This document shows positions 17,779-28,332 of a DNA stretch of 64,000 nt, in pieces; the stretch's first letter is position 1, and each line of letters begins with the position of its first letter. A model generated the notes under the pieces. That model worked only from the letters and a program-made list of their open reading frames with translations, did not search any database and was not told where the DNA came from. A program made the translations under genes and the position numbers. The stretch is from contig DAOORK010000001.1 of assembly GCA_035389185.1 (NCBI GenBank), forward strand, positions 446,218 to 510,217, in the 5' to 3' direction. The stretch comes from Candidatus Woesebacteria bacterium. GTDB lineage: Bacteria; Patescibacteriota; Microgenomatia; UBA1400; MFAQ01.

Positions 17779-18954
17779 TTAGGCGACAACCTTGGTAATA
17801 ACACCAGCGCCGACAGTGAGACCACCTTCACGAATAGCGAAGTTTTGGCCATCTGACATAGCGATTGGCTGAATAAGCTCGACAGTCATCTTGGCGTTGT
17901 CACCAGGCATGATCATCTCAACACCTTCTGGGAGTTTAACTTCACCAGTAACATCGGTGGTGCGGATAAAGAATTGAGGTTTGTAGCCAGTGAACATAGG
18001 AGTGTGGCGACCACCTTCATCTTTGCCTAGGATATAAGCCTCGGCTTCGAATTTGGTGTGAGGAGTGATGGAACCTGGCTTGGCCAAGACCTGACCTCTT
18101 TGAACATCTTCTTTTTCGATACCTCTTAAGAGAAGACCGACGTTGTCACCTGCTTGACCCTGTTCGAGTTGCTGGTGGAACATTTCAACTCCAGTGACGA
18201 CTGATTTGGTGGTGTCTTTGATACCAACGATCTCGACTTCATCACCGATTTTGATGATTCCAGTTCCGATACGACCGGTAACAACTGTTCCACGACCTTT
18301 GATAGAGAAAACGTCTTCAACAGGCATGAGGAAGGGTTTATCAAGATCACGAACTGGATCTGGGATCCATTCGTCAACAGTGTCCATGAGTTTCATGATT
18401 CCTGCTTGAGCTTCTTTATCACCTTCGAGAGCTTTGAGGGCGGAAACACGAACGATTGGGGTGTCCTCTTCGAAGTGATATTTCTTTAGTTTTTCGCGGA
18501 TTTCCATTTCGACCAATTCGAGAAGTTCGGGATCGGAAACGGCGTCAACTTTATTTAGAGCAACGACCAAACGAGGAACGTTGACCTGGTGAGCCAAGAG
18601 CAAGTGTTCGTTGGTTTGGGGCATAGGACCATCAGTCGCAGCGACGACCAAGATAGCACCATCCATCTGAGCAGCACCGGTGATCATGTTTTTGATGTAG
18701 TCGCGGTGACCCGGACAGTCAATATGGGCGTAGTGGCGTTTGGCAGTCTCGTAAGGAACGTGAGAAATGTTGATAGTAACTCCACGCTCTCTCTCTTCAG
18801 GAGATTTATCAATTTGATCAAAAGGAAGAGCTTCCGCTAGTCCTTGAGCAGCTAAGGTAGTAGTAATAGCCGCAGTTAAAGTGGTCTTGCCGTGGTCAAC
18901 GTGACCGATAGTACCAATATTAACGTGGGGTTTGGTTCTTTGGTATGTAGCCAT
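17779..18954 (-). CDS. tuf: elongation factor Tu
   Basis: [20 protein letters not shown]-motifs; 391 aa. Confidence 0.97.
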   Translation of the reverse strand: MATYQRTKPHVNIGTIGHVDHGKTTLTAAITTTLAAQGLAEALPFDQIDKSPEERERGVTINISHVPYETAKRHYAHIDCPGHRDYIKNMITGAAQMDGAILVVAATDGPMPQTNEHLLLAHQVNVPRLVVALNKVDAVSDPELLELVEMEIREKLKKYHFEEDTPIVRVSALKALEGDKEAQAGIMKLMDTVDEWIPDPVRDLDKPFLMPVEDVFSIKGRGTVVTGRIGTGIIKIGDEVEIVGIKDTTKSVVTGVEMFHQQLEQGQAGDNVGLLLRGIEKEDVQRGQVLAKPGSITPHTKFEAEAYILGKDEGGRHTPMFTGYKPQFFIRTTDVTGEVKLPEGVEMIMPGDNAKMTVELIQPIAMSDGQNFAIREGGLTVGAGVITKVVA

Positions 18955-19025
18955 TTTTTATTATTTTTTATTAATTTTTATAATTGCTTTTTTTAAGCCT
19001 ATTTATTTTAGCAGATTTTAACCTA

Positions 19026-21146
19026 TTATGCCGGATTTTTCAATAACTTCGCGGCTAGACTGTTTGGTAACTCTTGATAGTGACTGGGTTCCATGTAGTA
19101 AGAAGCACGTCCAGCAGTAAGTGAGCGAATAGCGGTTGAGTAAGCGGAGAGCTCGGAGAGAGGAACTTCAGCGGTAATGACACGAGCATTTCCTCGCTGG
19201 GTTGTTCCACCAATTTGAGCACGGCGAGAGGATAGATCACCGATAATGTCACCCATGTTGGCTTCCGGAGTGGTTACTTCGACCTTCATAATAGGTTCAA
19301 GAACTACAGGACCGGCATTCTTGACAGCATCTTGAAGAGCCATGGATCCAGCAATCTTGAAGGACATTTCGGAAGAGTCAACTTCGTGGTAGGAACCATC
19401 GACAACAGCGACATCGAGATCAACCATGGGGAAACCGGCAATAATACCGTTATCAAGCGCTTCGCGGACACCTTTTTCGATAGGACTAATGAATTCTTTG
19501 GGAATGGATCCTCCAACAATTTTATTGGTAAAGGTGAAACCTTCGCCACGAGATTTAGGAGTAACGACCAAAACGGCGTGACCATACTGACCGCGACCAC
19601 CGGATTGACGAATGTATTTTCCTTCACCTCTGGCCTCTTTGGTAATGGTTTCACGGTAAGCGACTTGAGGAGCACCGGTAGTAGCGTCGACTTTAAATTC
19701 ACGACGAAGACGGTCGACCAGGATTTCTAGGTGAAGCTCGCCCATACCGGAGATAACGGTTTGACCAGTTTCTTGGTTGGTTTTGATCTTGAAAGTTGGA
19801 TCTTCTTCGGCAAGACGACCTAAAGCAAGATCGAGTTTTTCCTGATCAGCTTTGGTTTTTGGCTCAATAGCAAGAGAGATAACTGGATCTGGGAACTCGA
19901 TAGATTCGAGAACTATTGGATGACCTTCATCACAAAGAGTGTCACCTGTTTTGGTAGCTCTAAGACCCACAACGCCTACGATTTCTCCTGCACCGACTTC
20001 GGGAATTTCTTCACGAGAGTTTGCGTGCATGAGCATTAAGCGTCCAATACGTTCTTTTTCTGCTTTACTGGCATTGTAAACATAAGAACCGGCTGAGATC
20101 TTGCCAGAGTAAACACGAACATAGGTGAGTTTACCGACATGGGGATCAGCCTGAATCTTGAAGGCTAGACCAGAAAAGGGTTCAGCCGGATCAGGTTTGC
20201 GAACTTCAGGTTCGTTAGTTTTGGGGTTTGTGCCTTGGGTATCTTCGATATCTAAAGGTGAAGGAAGGAAGTCAACAACAGCGTCGAGGACCGGCTGAAC
20301 ACCTTTGTTGCGAAGACATGAACCAGGGAAAACAGGAACTATGAGGTTGCCTATTGTGGCAACACGAAGAGCAGTTTTGAGTTCAGAGATAGAGAGTTCC
20401 TCGCCATTGAGGTATTTCTCCATCAATTTTTCATCGTTTTCAACAATAGACTCAATAAGCTTGGCGCGTTCGGATTCACATTGATCAGCTATGTCGGATG
20501 GGAAGCCTTCAAGAATATCGTATTTTGCACCAGTTTCGTCTCCCTGCCAGATAAGATGTTTCTTTTCGAGCAGAAGGGCGATACCTTTAAAGGTATTTTC
20601 AACACCGATAGGAAGAGCCATGATGGCTGTCTTGGCTCCAAGTTTTTCGTGGACGTCTTTAATGGTAGCCATAAAATCAGCACCCAAAACGTCCATTTTG
20701 TTGATTAGAGCGATACGAGGAACTTTGTATTTGTCAGCCTGACGCCAAACAGTTTCAGTTTGAGACTGAACACCGGAACCGGCATCAAGAACGATAATAC
20801 CGCCATCAAGAACACGCAAGGAACGCTCAACTTCAGCAGTGAAGTCAACGTGCCCTGGAGTATCGATAATGTTGAAACGGCATTCCTCTTTGAGATTAGA
20901 ATCAGGAAGAACAGGGGTCCAGAAAGTGGTGGTTGCGGCGGAAACGATAGTGATACCACGCTCACGTTCTTGGTCCATCCAGTCCATTTGGGTGTCACCC
21001 TCGTCGATGTCACCGATTTTGTATGTTTTGCCGGTATAGAAAAGAATACGTTCTGTGGTAGTAGTTTTACCAGCATCGATATGGGCGATAATACCAATAT
21101 TTCTCACACGACTGAGAGGGATTTGTTTCGAGACGGCTGCAGCCAT
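19026..21146 (-). CDS. fusA: elongation factor G
   Basis: [20 protein letters not shown]; 706 aa. Confidence 0.97.
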   Translation of the reverse strand: MAAAVSKQIPLSRVRNIGIIAHIDAGKTTTTERILFYTGKTYKIGDIDEGDTQMDWMDQERERGITIVSAATTTFWTPVLPDSNLKEECRFNIIDTPGHVDFTAEVERSLRVLDGGIIVLDAGSGVQSQTETVWRQADKYKVPRIALINKMDVLGADFMATIKDVHEKLGAKTAIMALPIGVENTFKGIALLLEKKHLIWQGDETGAKYDILEGFPSDIADQCESERAKLIESIVENDEKLMEKYLNGEELSISELKTALRVATIGNLIVPVFPGSCLRNKGVQPVLDAVVDFLPSPLDIEDTQGTNPKTNEPEVRKPDPAEPFSGLAFKIQADPHVGKLTYVRVYSGKISAGSYVYNASKAEKERIGRLMLMHANSREEIPEVGAGEIVGVVGLRATKTGDTLCDEGHPIVLESIEFPDPVISLAIEPKTKADQEKLDLALGRLAEEDPTFKIKTNQETGQTVISGMGELHLEILVDRLRREFKVDATTGAPQVAYRETITKEARGEGKYIRQSGGRGQYGHAVLVVTPKSRGEGFTFTNKIVGGSIPKEFISPIEKGVREALDNGIIAGFPMVDLDVAVVDGSYHEVDSSEMSFKIAGSMALQDAVKNAGPVVLEPIMKVEVTTPEANMGDIIGDLSSRRAQIGGTTQRGNARVITAEVPLSELSAYSTAIRSLTAGRASYYMEPSHYQELPNSLAAKLLKNPA

Positions 21147-21267
21147 ACTTTTTTTATAGTTTGATCAATAATAATATTTGCCCTTCGAGTACGGAGGACG
21201 AGACGAGGAAAATAGGTCCAAAAACAGGACATAATTTCACGAGCTTAATTGTACCACAGCAGGATGG

Positions 21268-23325
21268 TTATTTACGATGGAAATGCCTTTTACCTTTTGA
21301 GTGATGATGACTTTCGGGGTAAGAGGATTGAACCTGACGATAGAAATCCGGAGCAATTTCTTTTAGCCAACTTCGTTTGATCTCGAGACAGTTACAGGCA
21401 AAAGTTTTGCCACGAGGGCTGATAAAGATTTCATTGGAAATAATTAGAGAACCTTTAGCAGGGAGACGATGGAACAGGATTGATCCCGGATGCACGAAAA
21501 TATTATTCTTTGTATCGTCGATTTTACGGAATGATGATCGGCCGACACTTTGCATAAGATTGCCAAGGAGACCGGCGGCAATAGCTTTGCCCAAAGAGTT
21601 TTTATCGATAAAGTTCGAAAGGTGCACATCAAAAGTAATGTCATGAGCTTCGAGAACATCGAGAATATCTTGGCGTACATTTCTAGCTTCTGCGAGGGCT
21701 TTTTCGTTAAGATAATTTTTCTTGGCCCAGGTATCACTAAAGTCACTTTTTTCGTAGCTTTTCCAAACATTAAGTAAGATATCGAAGTCCGACTCGGCAT
21801 CTTTTTGGAACTTGTGATGAGCTCTGTCTGCATCCAGCTGAAGTTCCTCTTCCGAAGGTCTGACAAAAATGTTTTTGCCGTCAAGGAAGGAAGCGATGAT
21901 AGTAACAGCATTTACGCACTGAAGGTCGGATTTTAGGGCTTCAATGATCATGCGGCCCAGATGAGGTTCAAGACTAAGTTCAACTAACCACTCGCCGACC
22001 TCAGTAAGCTGGCCATTGTCATCAAGGGCACCTAGAGTATTAAGGCTCTTCAGGGCTTGTCTAATAGCTTCCTTTCCAGGGTGATCTAAAAAGTCGAAAC
22101 CTTCAATGTCGCGGATACCAACCTTCTTCATGGCCAGTATAACCTGAGCCAGATTTGAGCGTTGAATCTCTGGAGTAGGAAAAAGAGGTCGCCTTTTGAG
22201 GCTATCTTCAGAAAATAAACGGTAACAGTAACCCGGAGCGGTACGACCGGCTCGGCCTTTTCGCTGTTCTAGACCACTGAGAGCATGTTCTGTCAGGATG
22301 AGCTGTTCCGTGCCTGATCGGGGGTTAAATTGATTTTGTTTGATTAACCCAGAATCGATGACATGGATGATACCGTCGATGGTGATCGAAGTTTCGGCAA
22401 TGTTGGTGGCAACAATAATCTTGCGTTTATCCATGGGCTCAAAAATACGATCTTGGTCTTCGGGCTGCATTTCAGAATGGAGTGGAATAAGCTCAATATC
22501 CTTTTCACCTACTAGAGAGGTTATCTTTTCGACGGTGTCGGCAATCTCCTGTTTCCCAGGCATGAAGATGAGAATATCGCCGTCCAGGTGTCGATCAATA
22601 ATTGACTTAACTTTTTCGGCAGCACCTTGGGTGAAGTCATAGTTGAAGGACACTTCATCTTCATAAGAAACCTGAACCGGAAATACTTTCCCTTCAATAG
22701 CCACGGAGTTTTCTTGATCACCATTGCCAATGTAGGATGCAAAGCGATTTCTCTCTATAGTGGCTGAAGTAATAACAACACGAACCTGGTCAAGACCTGA
22801 TTGCTGGCGGCGTTTATTGACATCTTTAAGGAGACCAAGACAAAGATCAATGTTGAGGCTGCGTTCGTGGGCTTCATCAATCATGACAACGGAGTATTCC
22901 GTGAGAAGAGGATCAAACTGGATTTTTCGAAGAAGAATACCATCGGTCATGAAAGTAATGTCGGTTTGGGGGTTGGTGATATTTTCGAAGCGAACGTGAT
23001 AACCAACTTGATCACCAACTTCTGACTCCATCATACCGGCGACACGTTCGGTAATGCTCTTTGTCGCGACACGACGAGGTTGAGTAACAGCAATACCACC
23101 CTCGAGTCCAAGTTCATCACGAAGTTCGAGAAGAAGCGGGGGCAAACAGGTGGTTTTGCCCGAGCCGGTTTCACCAATTAGGACAAAGTTAGAATGAAGA
23201 CGGATTTCCTGACGAAGGTGTTCTCGAAGTTGGACTACGGGGAGATTATCAAGATCTAAAAAAGCATATTCCGAGGATCGGTTACCACAAGTTTTTTCTG
23301 GTTGTTTTTGATTAGTTTCGACCAT
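21268..23325 (-). CDS. DEAH-box ATP-dependent RNA helicase, HrpB/HrpA-like (685 aa)
   Basis: Walker A GETGSGKTT, motif II DEAHERS, motif III SAT, motif VI QRKGRAGR; HA2/OB-like C-terminus; His-rich C-terminal tail. Confidence 0.85.
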   Translation of the reverse strand: MVETNQKQPEKTCGNRSSEYAFLDLDNLPVVQLREHLRQEIRLHSNFVLIGETGSGKTTCLPPLLLELRDELGLEGGIAVTQPRRVATKSITERVAGMMESEVGDQVGYHVRFENITNPQTDITFMTDGILLRKIQFDPLLTEYSVVMIDEAHERSLNIDLCLGLLKDVNKRRQQSGLDQVRVVITSATIERNRFASYIGNGDQENSVAIEGKVFPVQVSYEDEVSFNYDFTQGAAEKVKSIIDRHLDGDILIFMPGKQEIADTVEKITSLVGEKDIELIPLHSEMQPEDQDRIFEPMDKRKIIVATNIAETSITIDGIIHVIDSGLIKQNQFNPRSGTEQLILTEHALSGLEQRKGRAGRTAPGYCYRLFSEDSLKRRPLFPTPEIQRSNLAQVILAMKKVGIRDIEGFDFLDHPGKEAIRQALKSLNTLGALDDNGQLTEVGEWLVELSLEPHLGRMIIEALKSDLQCVNAVTIIASFLDGKNIFVRPSEEELQLDADRAHHKFQKDAESDFDILLNVWKSYEKSDFSDTWAKKNYLNEKALAEARNVRQDILDVLEAHDITFDVHLSNFIDKNSLGKAIAAGLLGNLMQSVGRSSFRKIDDTKNNIFVHPGSILFHRLPAKGSLIISNEIFISPRGKTFACNCLEIKRSWLKEIAPDFYRQVQSSYPESHHHSKGKRHFHRK

Positions 23326-23423
23326 ATGAGCTGAGCAAGATTAACACAGTTATGGCCAAATGAGTATAAGGAAAACAAAAATACAGGGGGCTTAACTAAA
23401 AGTTGGATGTTTGCGCAATTTAC

Positions 23424-23447
23424 AAAAAAGAGCGCCGTGAGGCGCTC
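23424..23447 (-). terminator. intrinsic terminator (GAGCGCC-GTGA-GGCGCTC + U-run on - strand)
   Basis: 7-bp perfect stem 23430-23447; A6 23424-23429. Confidence 0.6.
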
Positions 23448-23457
23448 GGGGGGTAGA

Positions 23458-23607
23458 CTATTCTGGTTCGGAAGGGGGTGGAGAATCGTCGGTGTGGAAG
23501 TGTATAAGTTCTTCCGTGGTGATGTCCCGAGGTTTCTCCGGTTTCCGAGGATCGGAGTTTCCAGAGGGTGGCGATTGAAGATTCCCTAAATTATTTTGAT
23601 CGGTCAA
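23458..23607 (-). CDS. candidate small protein (49 aa, TTG start), Pro/acidic-rich
   Basis: TAAGGAGGagtaaTTG: perfect SD 5 nt upstream of an in-frame TTG immediately after a stop codon; bracketed by the rpsG terminator upstream and its own hairpin terminator downstream; hand translation MTDQNNLGNLQSPPSGNSDPRKPEKPRDITTEELIHFHTDDSPPPSEPE. Confidence 0.4.
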   Translation of the reverse strand: MTDQNNLGNLQSPPSGNSDPRKPEKPRDITTEELIHFHTDDSPPPSEPE

Positions 23608-23647
23608 TTACTCCTCCTTAAAGTGCGTGGTGGGCATATTTTACAAC

Positions 23648-23674
23648 AAAAAGTCCCCTATCAGGGGACTTTTT
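23648..23674. terminator. bidirectional intrinsic terminator after rpsG (AGTCCCC-TATC-AGGGGACT flanked by A5 and T5)
   Basis: 7-bp stem 23652-23669 with A-run 5' and T-run 3'. Confidence 0.7.
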
Positions 23675-23695
23675 GAATTGATTGACAATTTTTAA

Positions 23696-24172
23696 TTACC
23701 AACGGAAGTGAGCGAAGGCTTTATTGGCTTCGGCCATCTTGTGAGTGTCGAGTTTCTTCTTGATAGCTGCACCGGTGTTTTCATGGGCTTCCATGATTTC
23801 GGCTGCAAGTTTGTCGGCTAAGGTTCTTGTGGGGTTGTTGGAACGGGCCTTAGCGGCGGCAATAATCCAACGGATAGCAAGAGTGTCGCGACGCTCGGGA
23901 CGAATGGGAGAAGGTACTTGATATGAAGCACCACCTACACGACGAGAACGAACTTCAATGGTGGGTTTAACGTTTTCGATAGCTTCAGAAAGGTACTCCA
24001 AACCATCCTTACCTGATTGTTCGGCGATAAGTTCGATAGCTTTATAGATTTGTTTGGCAGCGACGGATTTTTTGCCATCGAGCATACAACCGTTGATGAT
24101 TTTGGCAACCAACTGACTACCGTAAATCGGATCGGTTTGTACTTTTTTGGCGGGGGTTTTCTTTGATCTCAT
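23696..24172 (-). CDS. rpsG: 30S ribosomal protein S7 (uS7)
   Basis: PDPIYGSQLVAKIINGCMLDGKKSVA; str-operon position after rpsL. Confidence 0.95.
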   Translation of the reverse strand: MRSKKTPAKKVQTDPIYGSQLVAKIINGCMLDGKKSVAAKQIYKAIELIAEQSGKDGLEYLSEAIENVKPTIEVRSRRVGGASYQVPSPIRPERRDTLAIRWIIAAAKARSNNPTRTLADKLAAEIMEAHENTGAAIKKKLDTHKMAEANKAFAHFRW

Positions 24173-24178
24173 AGGATT

Positions 24179-24595
24179 TTATTTTGCACTGGGGCGTTTG
24201 GTACCGTATTTGCTACGACTGGTACGGCGTTTTTCGATACCGGCGGTATCGAGTTTGCCACGAATAATATGGTATTTGACACCAGGTAGATCACGAACGC
24301 GGCCACCACGAATCAAAACAATACTGTGTTCGGCCAAGTTGTGGCCCTCACCCATGATGTAGGCGGTGACTTCTTGTTTGTTAGAAAGTCTCACACGAGC
24401 AATTTTACGAAGCGCGGAGTTTGGCTTCTTGGGGGTCATAGTTTTGACCTGAAGACAAACACCAGCCTTTTGAGGAGACTGGGTCTCCACCATGCGACGT
24501 TTAACGGAGTTGAAACTCTTGCGAAGTGCAGTAGTTTTGACTTTTGTGGCAGTACTATGACGGCCCTTCTTGATTAATTGATTAGTTGTAGGCAT
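24179..24595 (-). CDS. rpsL: 30S ribosomal protein S12 (uS12)
   Basis: [11 protein letters not shown]...[10 protein letters not shown] motif. Confidence 0.96.
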   Translation of the reverse strand: MPTTNQLIKKGRHSTATKVKTTALRKSFNSVKRRMVETQSPQKAGVCLQVKTMTPKKPNSALRKIARVRLSNKQEVTAYIMGEGHNLAEHSIVLIRGGRVRDLPGVKYHIIRGKLDTAGIEKRRTSRSKYGTKRPSAK

Positions 24596-24612
24596 AACAG
24601 GCGTATATTTTA

Positions 24613-27600
24613 TCAGATGTTCTCGATTTTTGCTCTCAGCTTACTGGTAGGCACCAAGCGACCGATAATAACGTTTTCCTTCATACCGATGAGGTGATCA
24701 ATTTTCCCTTGAACAGCGGCGTCGGTGAGAACGGAAGTGGTGTCTTGGAAAGAAGCGGCGGAGAGCCAAGAATCAGTGTGAAGTGCAGCTCTAATAGCAC
24801 CAAGAATCAAATTCGTGGCTGTGGCTGGTTCACCACCCTCGGCGATGACGGCTTCGTTGGCCATCTCATAAGCACCACGACTGATTACGTCTCCAGCAAC
24901 TAGAGCAGTGTCTCCGACAGAGTCGATGCGAACATAATCGCACATCTTGCGGATGACAACTTCAAAGTGTTTGTCGTGAATACTAATACCTTGGGATTCA
25001 TAGATCGACTGGATCTCACTAATGAGATAGTTTTGGGTGGCTCGTAAACCTTTGATTCTGAGGAGTTCTTTGATGTCCAGTCCTCCGGAAGAAAGTGGAG
25101 TACCGACAGAAACGAGATCGCCATCAGATACTTTGAGGGTCATAGCAAGAGGTACGAGATACTCTTTACGATCTTCCTTGGTTTTACCTGTAGGAGTAAT
25201 CGTAACGAGATTACCATTATCTGTCTCAACCACTTTAACCTTGCCAGATACTTCCGAGAGAGGAGCAACAAGTTTGGGAGTACGTACTTCAAGAAGTTCT
25301 GTCACACGGGGAAGACCTTGGGTAACGTCTGTTCCGCCAGCAGCACCTCCTGAGTGTTTGGTACGCATGGTTAACTGAGTACCAGGCTCACCGATGGATT
25401 GAGCGGCAACGATACCTACCGGATCACCAATGATGGCAGTCTTGTTGGAAGCGGCGTTGTGACCATAACACTTGGTACAGAGACCGAAGCGTAGCTTACA
25501 GGTGATAGGAGATCTTACTTCGACTTCTTTGACACCGTCGTTTTCGATAATGGCGGCTATTTCTTCGGTGATCATTTCACCGGCGTCGACTAGGACTTTC
25601 TTGGTTTTGGGAGAAACGACTTTCTTGGCCGCAAAACGATGAACAATGCGCTTACCGAAAATTTTGGTGCGTTCTTCTGCAGAAATAGTGATGAACTCAT
25701 CGGTACCACAGTCTTCGGCACGAATAATAGCGTCATGACTGACGTCGACTAAACGACGAGTAAGATAACCAGCGTCGGCGGTACGTAAAGCAGTATCTGT
25801 CAGACCTTTACGAGAACCTCTAATGGAAGTAACGTACTCGAAGATAGAAAGACCTTCGCGGAAGTTACCCTTAATAGGAAGTTCGATCAAGTTACCTAGA
25901 GGATCAGCAATAAGTCCACGCATAGCGGAAAGCTGTTCGATGGAGTTTTTGGTGACACGACCAGAAGCGGAGTCAATGACTAAACGAATAGGATTGGTCT
26001 TGGAGAAGGTTGCCCAGGTCTTTTCAGCCAGATCAGCAGCGGTTTCGCGCCACATATTGATGGTAAGTTTGCTTCTTTCACTATCAGTGATTAAACCAAG
26101 CTTGTAGTTGTCCTCAATCTCAGCCGCTTTTTTGTTTCCTGCAGCAATAACTTCAGCTTTTTGACCGTATGTTTCGTTATCGGAGATGGCGAAACTGAAA
26201 CTACTGACTGTTGCGTACTCGAAACCAATGTTTTTGACAGCATCGATGAGTTTGACGACACGTTTGGTATCACAAGTTTTGATAGCACGAGCAAACAAAT
26301 TGGACATATCCTTACCGGTGTAACTCTTATTTTGGAACTCCCATTCTTCGGGGAGAATCTGATTGAAGATGATACGACCCACAGTGGTCTCGACCAATTC
26401 AACGTTTTTGGGGTTTAGGCGAACGCTGATGGGTTGTCTGACGGCAATGATCTTATTTTCATAGGCAGTAATAGCCTCAGCGGCACTACCAAATGGATAA
26501 GGATAGATTGAAAGGGTTTCGTCGATAGAAGTTAGGTAATAGACACCAACGGCCATTTCTTTACGGGAAGGAATGTTGACACTTTGTCCGGATGAAGGTT
26601 TAAGAAGGTTGAACTGAGGCAACATGTATTTCTTGGCCTCGCGAATAGCTTTTTTGGTTAGTGGCACATGGACGGCCATTTGGTCTCCATCAAAGTCAGC
26701 GTTAAAACCTTCACAAACAACCGGGTGTAAACGAATAGCAGACCCATCAACAAGAACGGGCATGAAAGCCAAAATAGAGAGCTTGTGGAGTGTAGGAGCA
26801 CGGTTTAAAAGGATGGGGTGTTTCTTGGTAATTCTTTCCAAGATATCAAAAACCTCAGGCTGACGTTTTTCTATCAAAGCTTTGGCGGCTTTGACGTTGG
26901 GAGCAAGATCTTGCTTGATGATCTCATGAAGAACGAAGGGCTTGAACATTTCAAGAGCCATGTCTTTGGGAAGACCACACTGATTTAACTTAAGCTCAGG
27001 ACCAACGACGATAACGGAACGACCCGAGTAATCGACACGTTTACCCAAAAGATTTTGGCGGAAACGACCCTGTTTACCTCTAAGCATGTCAGAAAGGGAT
27101 TTGAGGGTTTTGCCGGTACGGGAACGACGAGTGGAACGAGCTTGAGAGGAGTCGATAAGGGAGTCAACTGCTTCCTGAAGCATGCGTTTCTCGTTTCTTA
27201 AAATAATCTCAGGAGCACCAAGGTCGATCAAATGTTTCAAACGATTATTACGATTGATAACACGACGATAAAGGTCATTTAGATCTGAGGCCGCAAAGCG
27301 TCCACCAGAAAGCTGCACCATTGGACGAAGGTCAGGAGGAATAACCGGAAGCACAGAAAGAACCATCCATTCCGGTTTTACTTTGGAGTCTAGTAAACCG
27401 CGAACAACTTGAAGACGCTTGGTGGCTCTGAGACGTTTGGCTTCGGAGTTACTGTTGGCATCTTCTTTTAACTGAGCTGAAAGTTCTTCAAGATTGATCT
27501 TTTGAAGAGCTTCAAGAATAGCTTCTGATCCCATCCCGGCGGTTAACCAGTCAGTGAGGTCATATTCAGCCAGTTTGGCGTATTCAGAGTCAGAAAGTAA

Positions 27601-28323
27601 AGAATTAACCTGAATTTTTTCAATGACCGAACTAAGCTTGTTATAGATTTCTTCGGTATAGGCAAACTCAACAACCATTTGTTCTCTGAGAGAAGCAATT
27701 TTTTGCTTAGTTTTTTGTTTGAGGTCCTCGGACTTGATTTCCAGTTCGTCTTTTGCCTTGGTCTTTTTCTTAACATCTTTAAGTTCTTGGAGACCTTCTT
27801 TTTTGACGTCTTCGATCTGTTTATCAAAGTTATCTCGAACCTCGTCTAGCTTAGCTTCTTTTTGAGTAGTAATACCCTTTTGGGCTTCTTCACGTTTATC
27901 TTCATCGACAGCCATAACGAGATATTTACTGAAGTAAATGACAGAAGTTAGAGCTTTGGGGGAGATATCCAGAAGAAGAGAGAGTTTTGAAGGGGCTCCT
28001 TTGAAGAACCAAACGTGGGCAACAGGAGCGGCGAGCTCAAGATGACCCATACGTTCACGTCTGACGCGACTTAGGGTAACCTCAACTCCACACTTGTCAC
28101 AGACAATACCTTTGAAACGGACACGTTTGTACTTACCACAGTAACATTCCCAGTCTTTGACAGGTCCAAAAATTCTTTCACAGAAAAGACCGTCTTTTTC
28201 AGGTTTCTGAGTACGGTAGTTAATGGTTTCAGGTTTGGTAACTAAACCATGAGACCATTTGCGAACGTCTTCTGGACTGGCTAGTCTGATTTGTAAACCG
28301 GAGAAATCGACAATGTTGTTCAT
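24613..28323 (-). CDS. rpoC: DNA-directed RNA polymerase subunit beta' (1236 aa)
   Basis: zinc-binding CxxC N-terminus, NADFDGD catalytic motif ([14 protein letters not shown]). Confidence 0.97.
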   Translation of the reverse strand: MNNIVDFSGLQIRLASPEDVRKWSHGLVTKPETINYRTQKPEKDGLFCERIFGPVKDWECYCGKYKRVRFKGIVCDKCGVEVTLSRVRRERMGHLELAAPVAHVWFFKGAPSKLSLLLDISPKALTSVIYFSKYLVMAVDEDKREEAQKGITTQKEAKLDEVRDNFDKQIEDVKKEGLQELKDVKKKTKAKDELEIKSEDLKQKTKQKIASLREQMVVEFAYTEEIYNKLSSVIEKIQVNSLLSDSEYAKLAEYDLTDWLTAGMGSEAILEALQKINLEELSAQLKEDANSNSEAKRLRATKRLQVVRGLLDSKVKPEWMVLSVLPVIPPDLRPMVQLSGGRFAASDLNDLYRRVINRNNRLKHLIDLGAPEIILRNEKRMLQEAVDSLIDSSQARSTRRSRTGKTLKSLSDMLRGKQGRFRQNLLGKRVDYSGRSVIVVGPELKLNQCGLPKDMALEMFKPFVLHEIIKQDLAPNVKAAKALIEKRQPEVFDILERITKKHPILLNRAPTLHKLSILAFMPVLVDGSAIRLHPVVCEGFNADFDGDQMAVHVPLTKKAIREAKKYMLPQFNLLKPSSGQSVNIPSRKEMAVGVYYLTSIDETLSIYPYPFGSAAEAITAYENKIIAVRQPISVRLNPKNVELVETTVGRIIFNQILPEEWEFQNKSYTGKDMSNLFARAIKTCDTKRVVKLIDAVKNIGFEYATVSSFSFAISDNETYGQKAEVIAAGNKKAAEIEDNYKLGLITDSERSKLTINMWRETAADLAEKTWATFSKTNPIRLVIDSASGRVTKNSIEQLSAMRGLIADPLGNLIELPIKGNFREGLSIFEYVTSIRGSRKGLTDTALRTADAGYLTRRLVDVSHDAIIRAEDCGTDEFITISAEERTKIFGKRIVHRFAAKKVVSPKTKKVLVDAGEMITEEIAAIIENDGVKEVEVRSPITCKLRFGLCTKCYGHNAASNKTAIIGDPVGIVAAQSIGEPGTQLTMRTKHSGGAAGGTDVTQGLPRVTELLEVRTPKLVAPLSEVSGKVKVVETDNGNLVTITPTGKTKEDRKEYLVPLAMTLKVSDGDLVSVGTPLSSGGLDIKELLRIKGLRATQNYLISEIQSIYESQGISIHDKHFEVVIRKMCDYVRIDSVGDTALVAGDVISRGAYEMANEAVIAEGGEPATATNLILGAIRAALHTDSWLSAASFQDTTSVLTDAAVQGKIDHLIGMKENVIIGRLVPTSKLRAKIENI

Positions 28324-28332
28324 AGGTTTTAT

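Noticed and set aside
23407-23589. 60-aa Arg/Trp-rich plus-strand ORF in the rpsG-helicase intergenic region
   Set aside because: No SD; overlaps the hairpin terminator; the minus-strand TTG micro-ORF with perfect SD explains the region better
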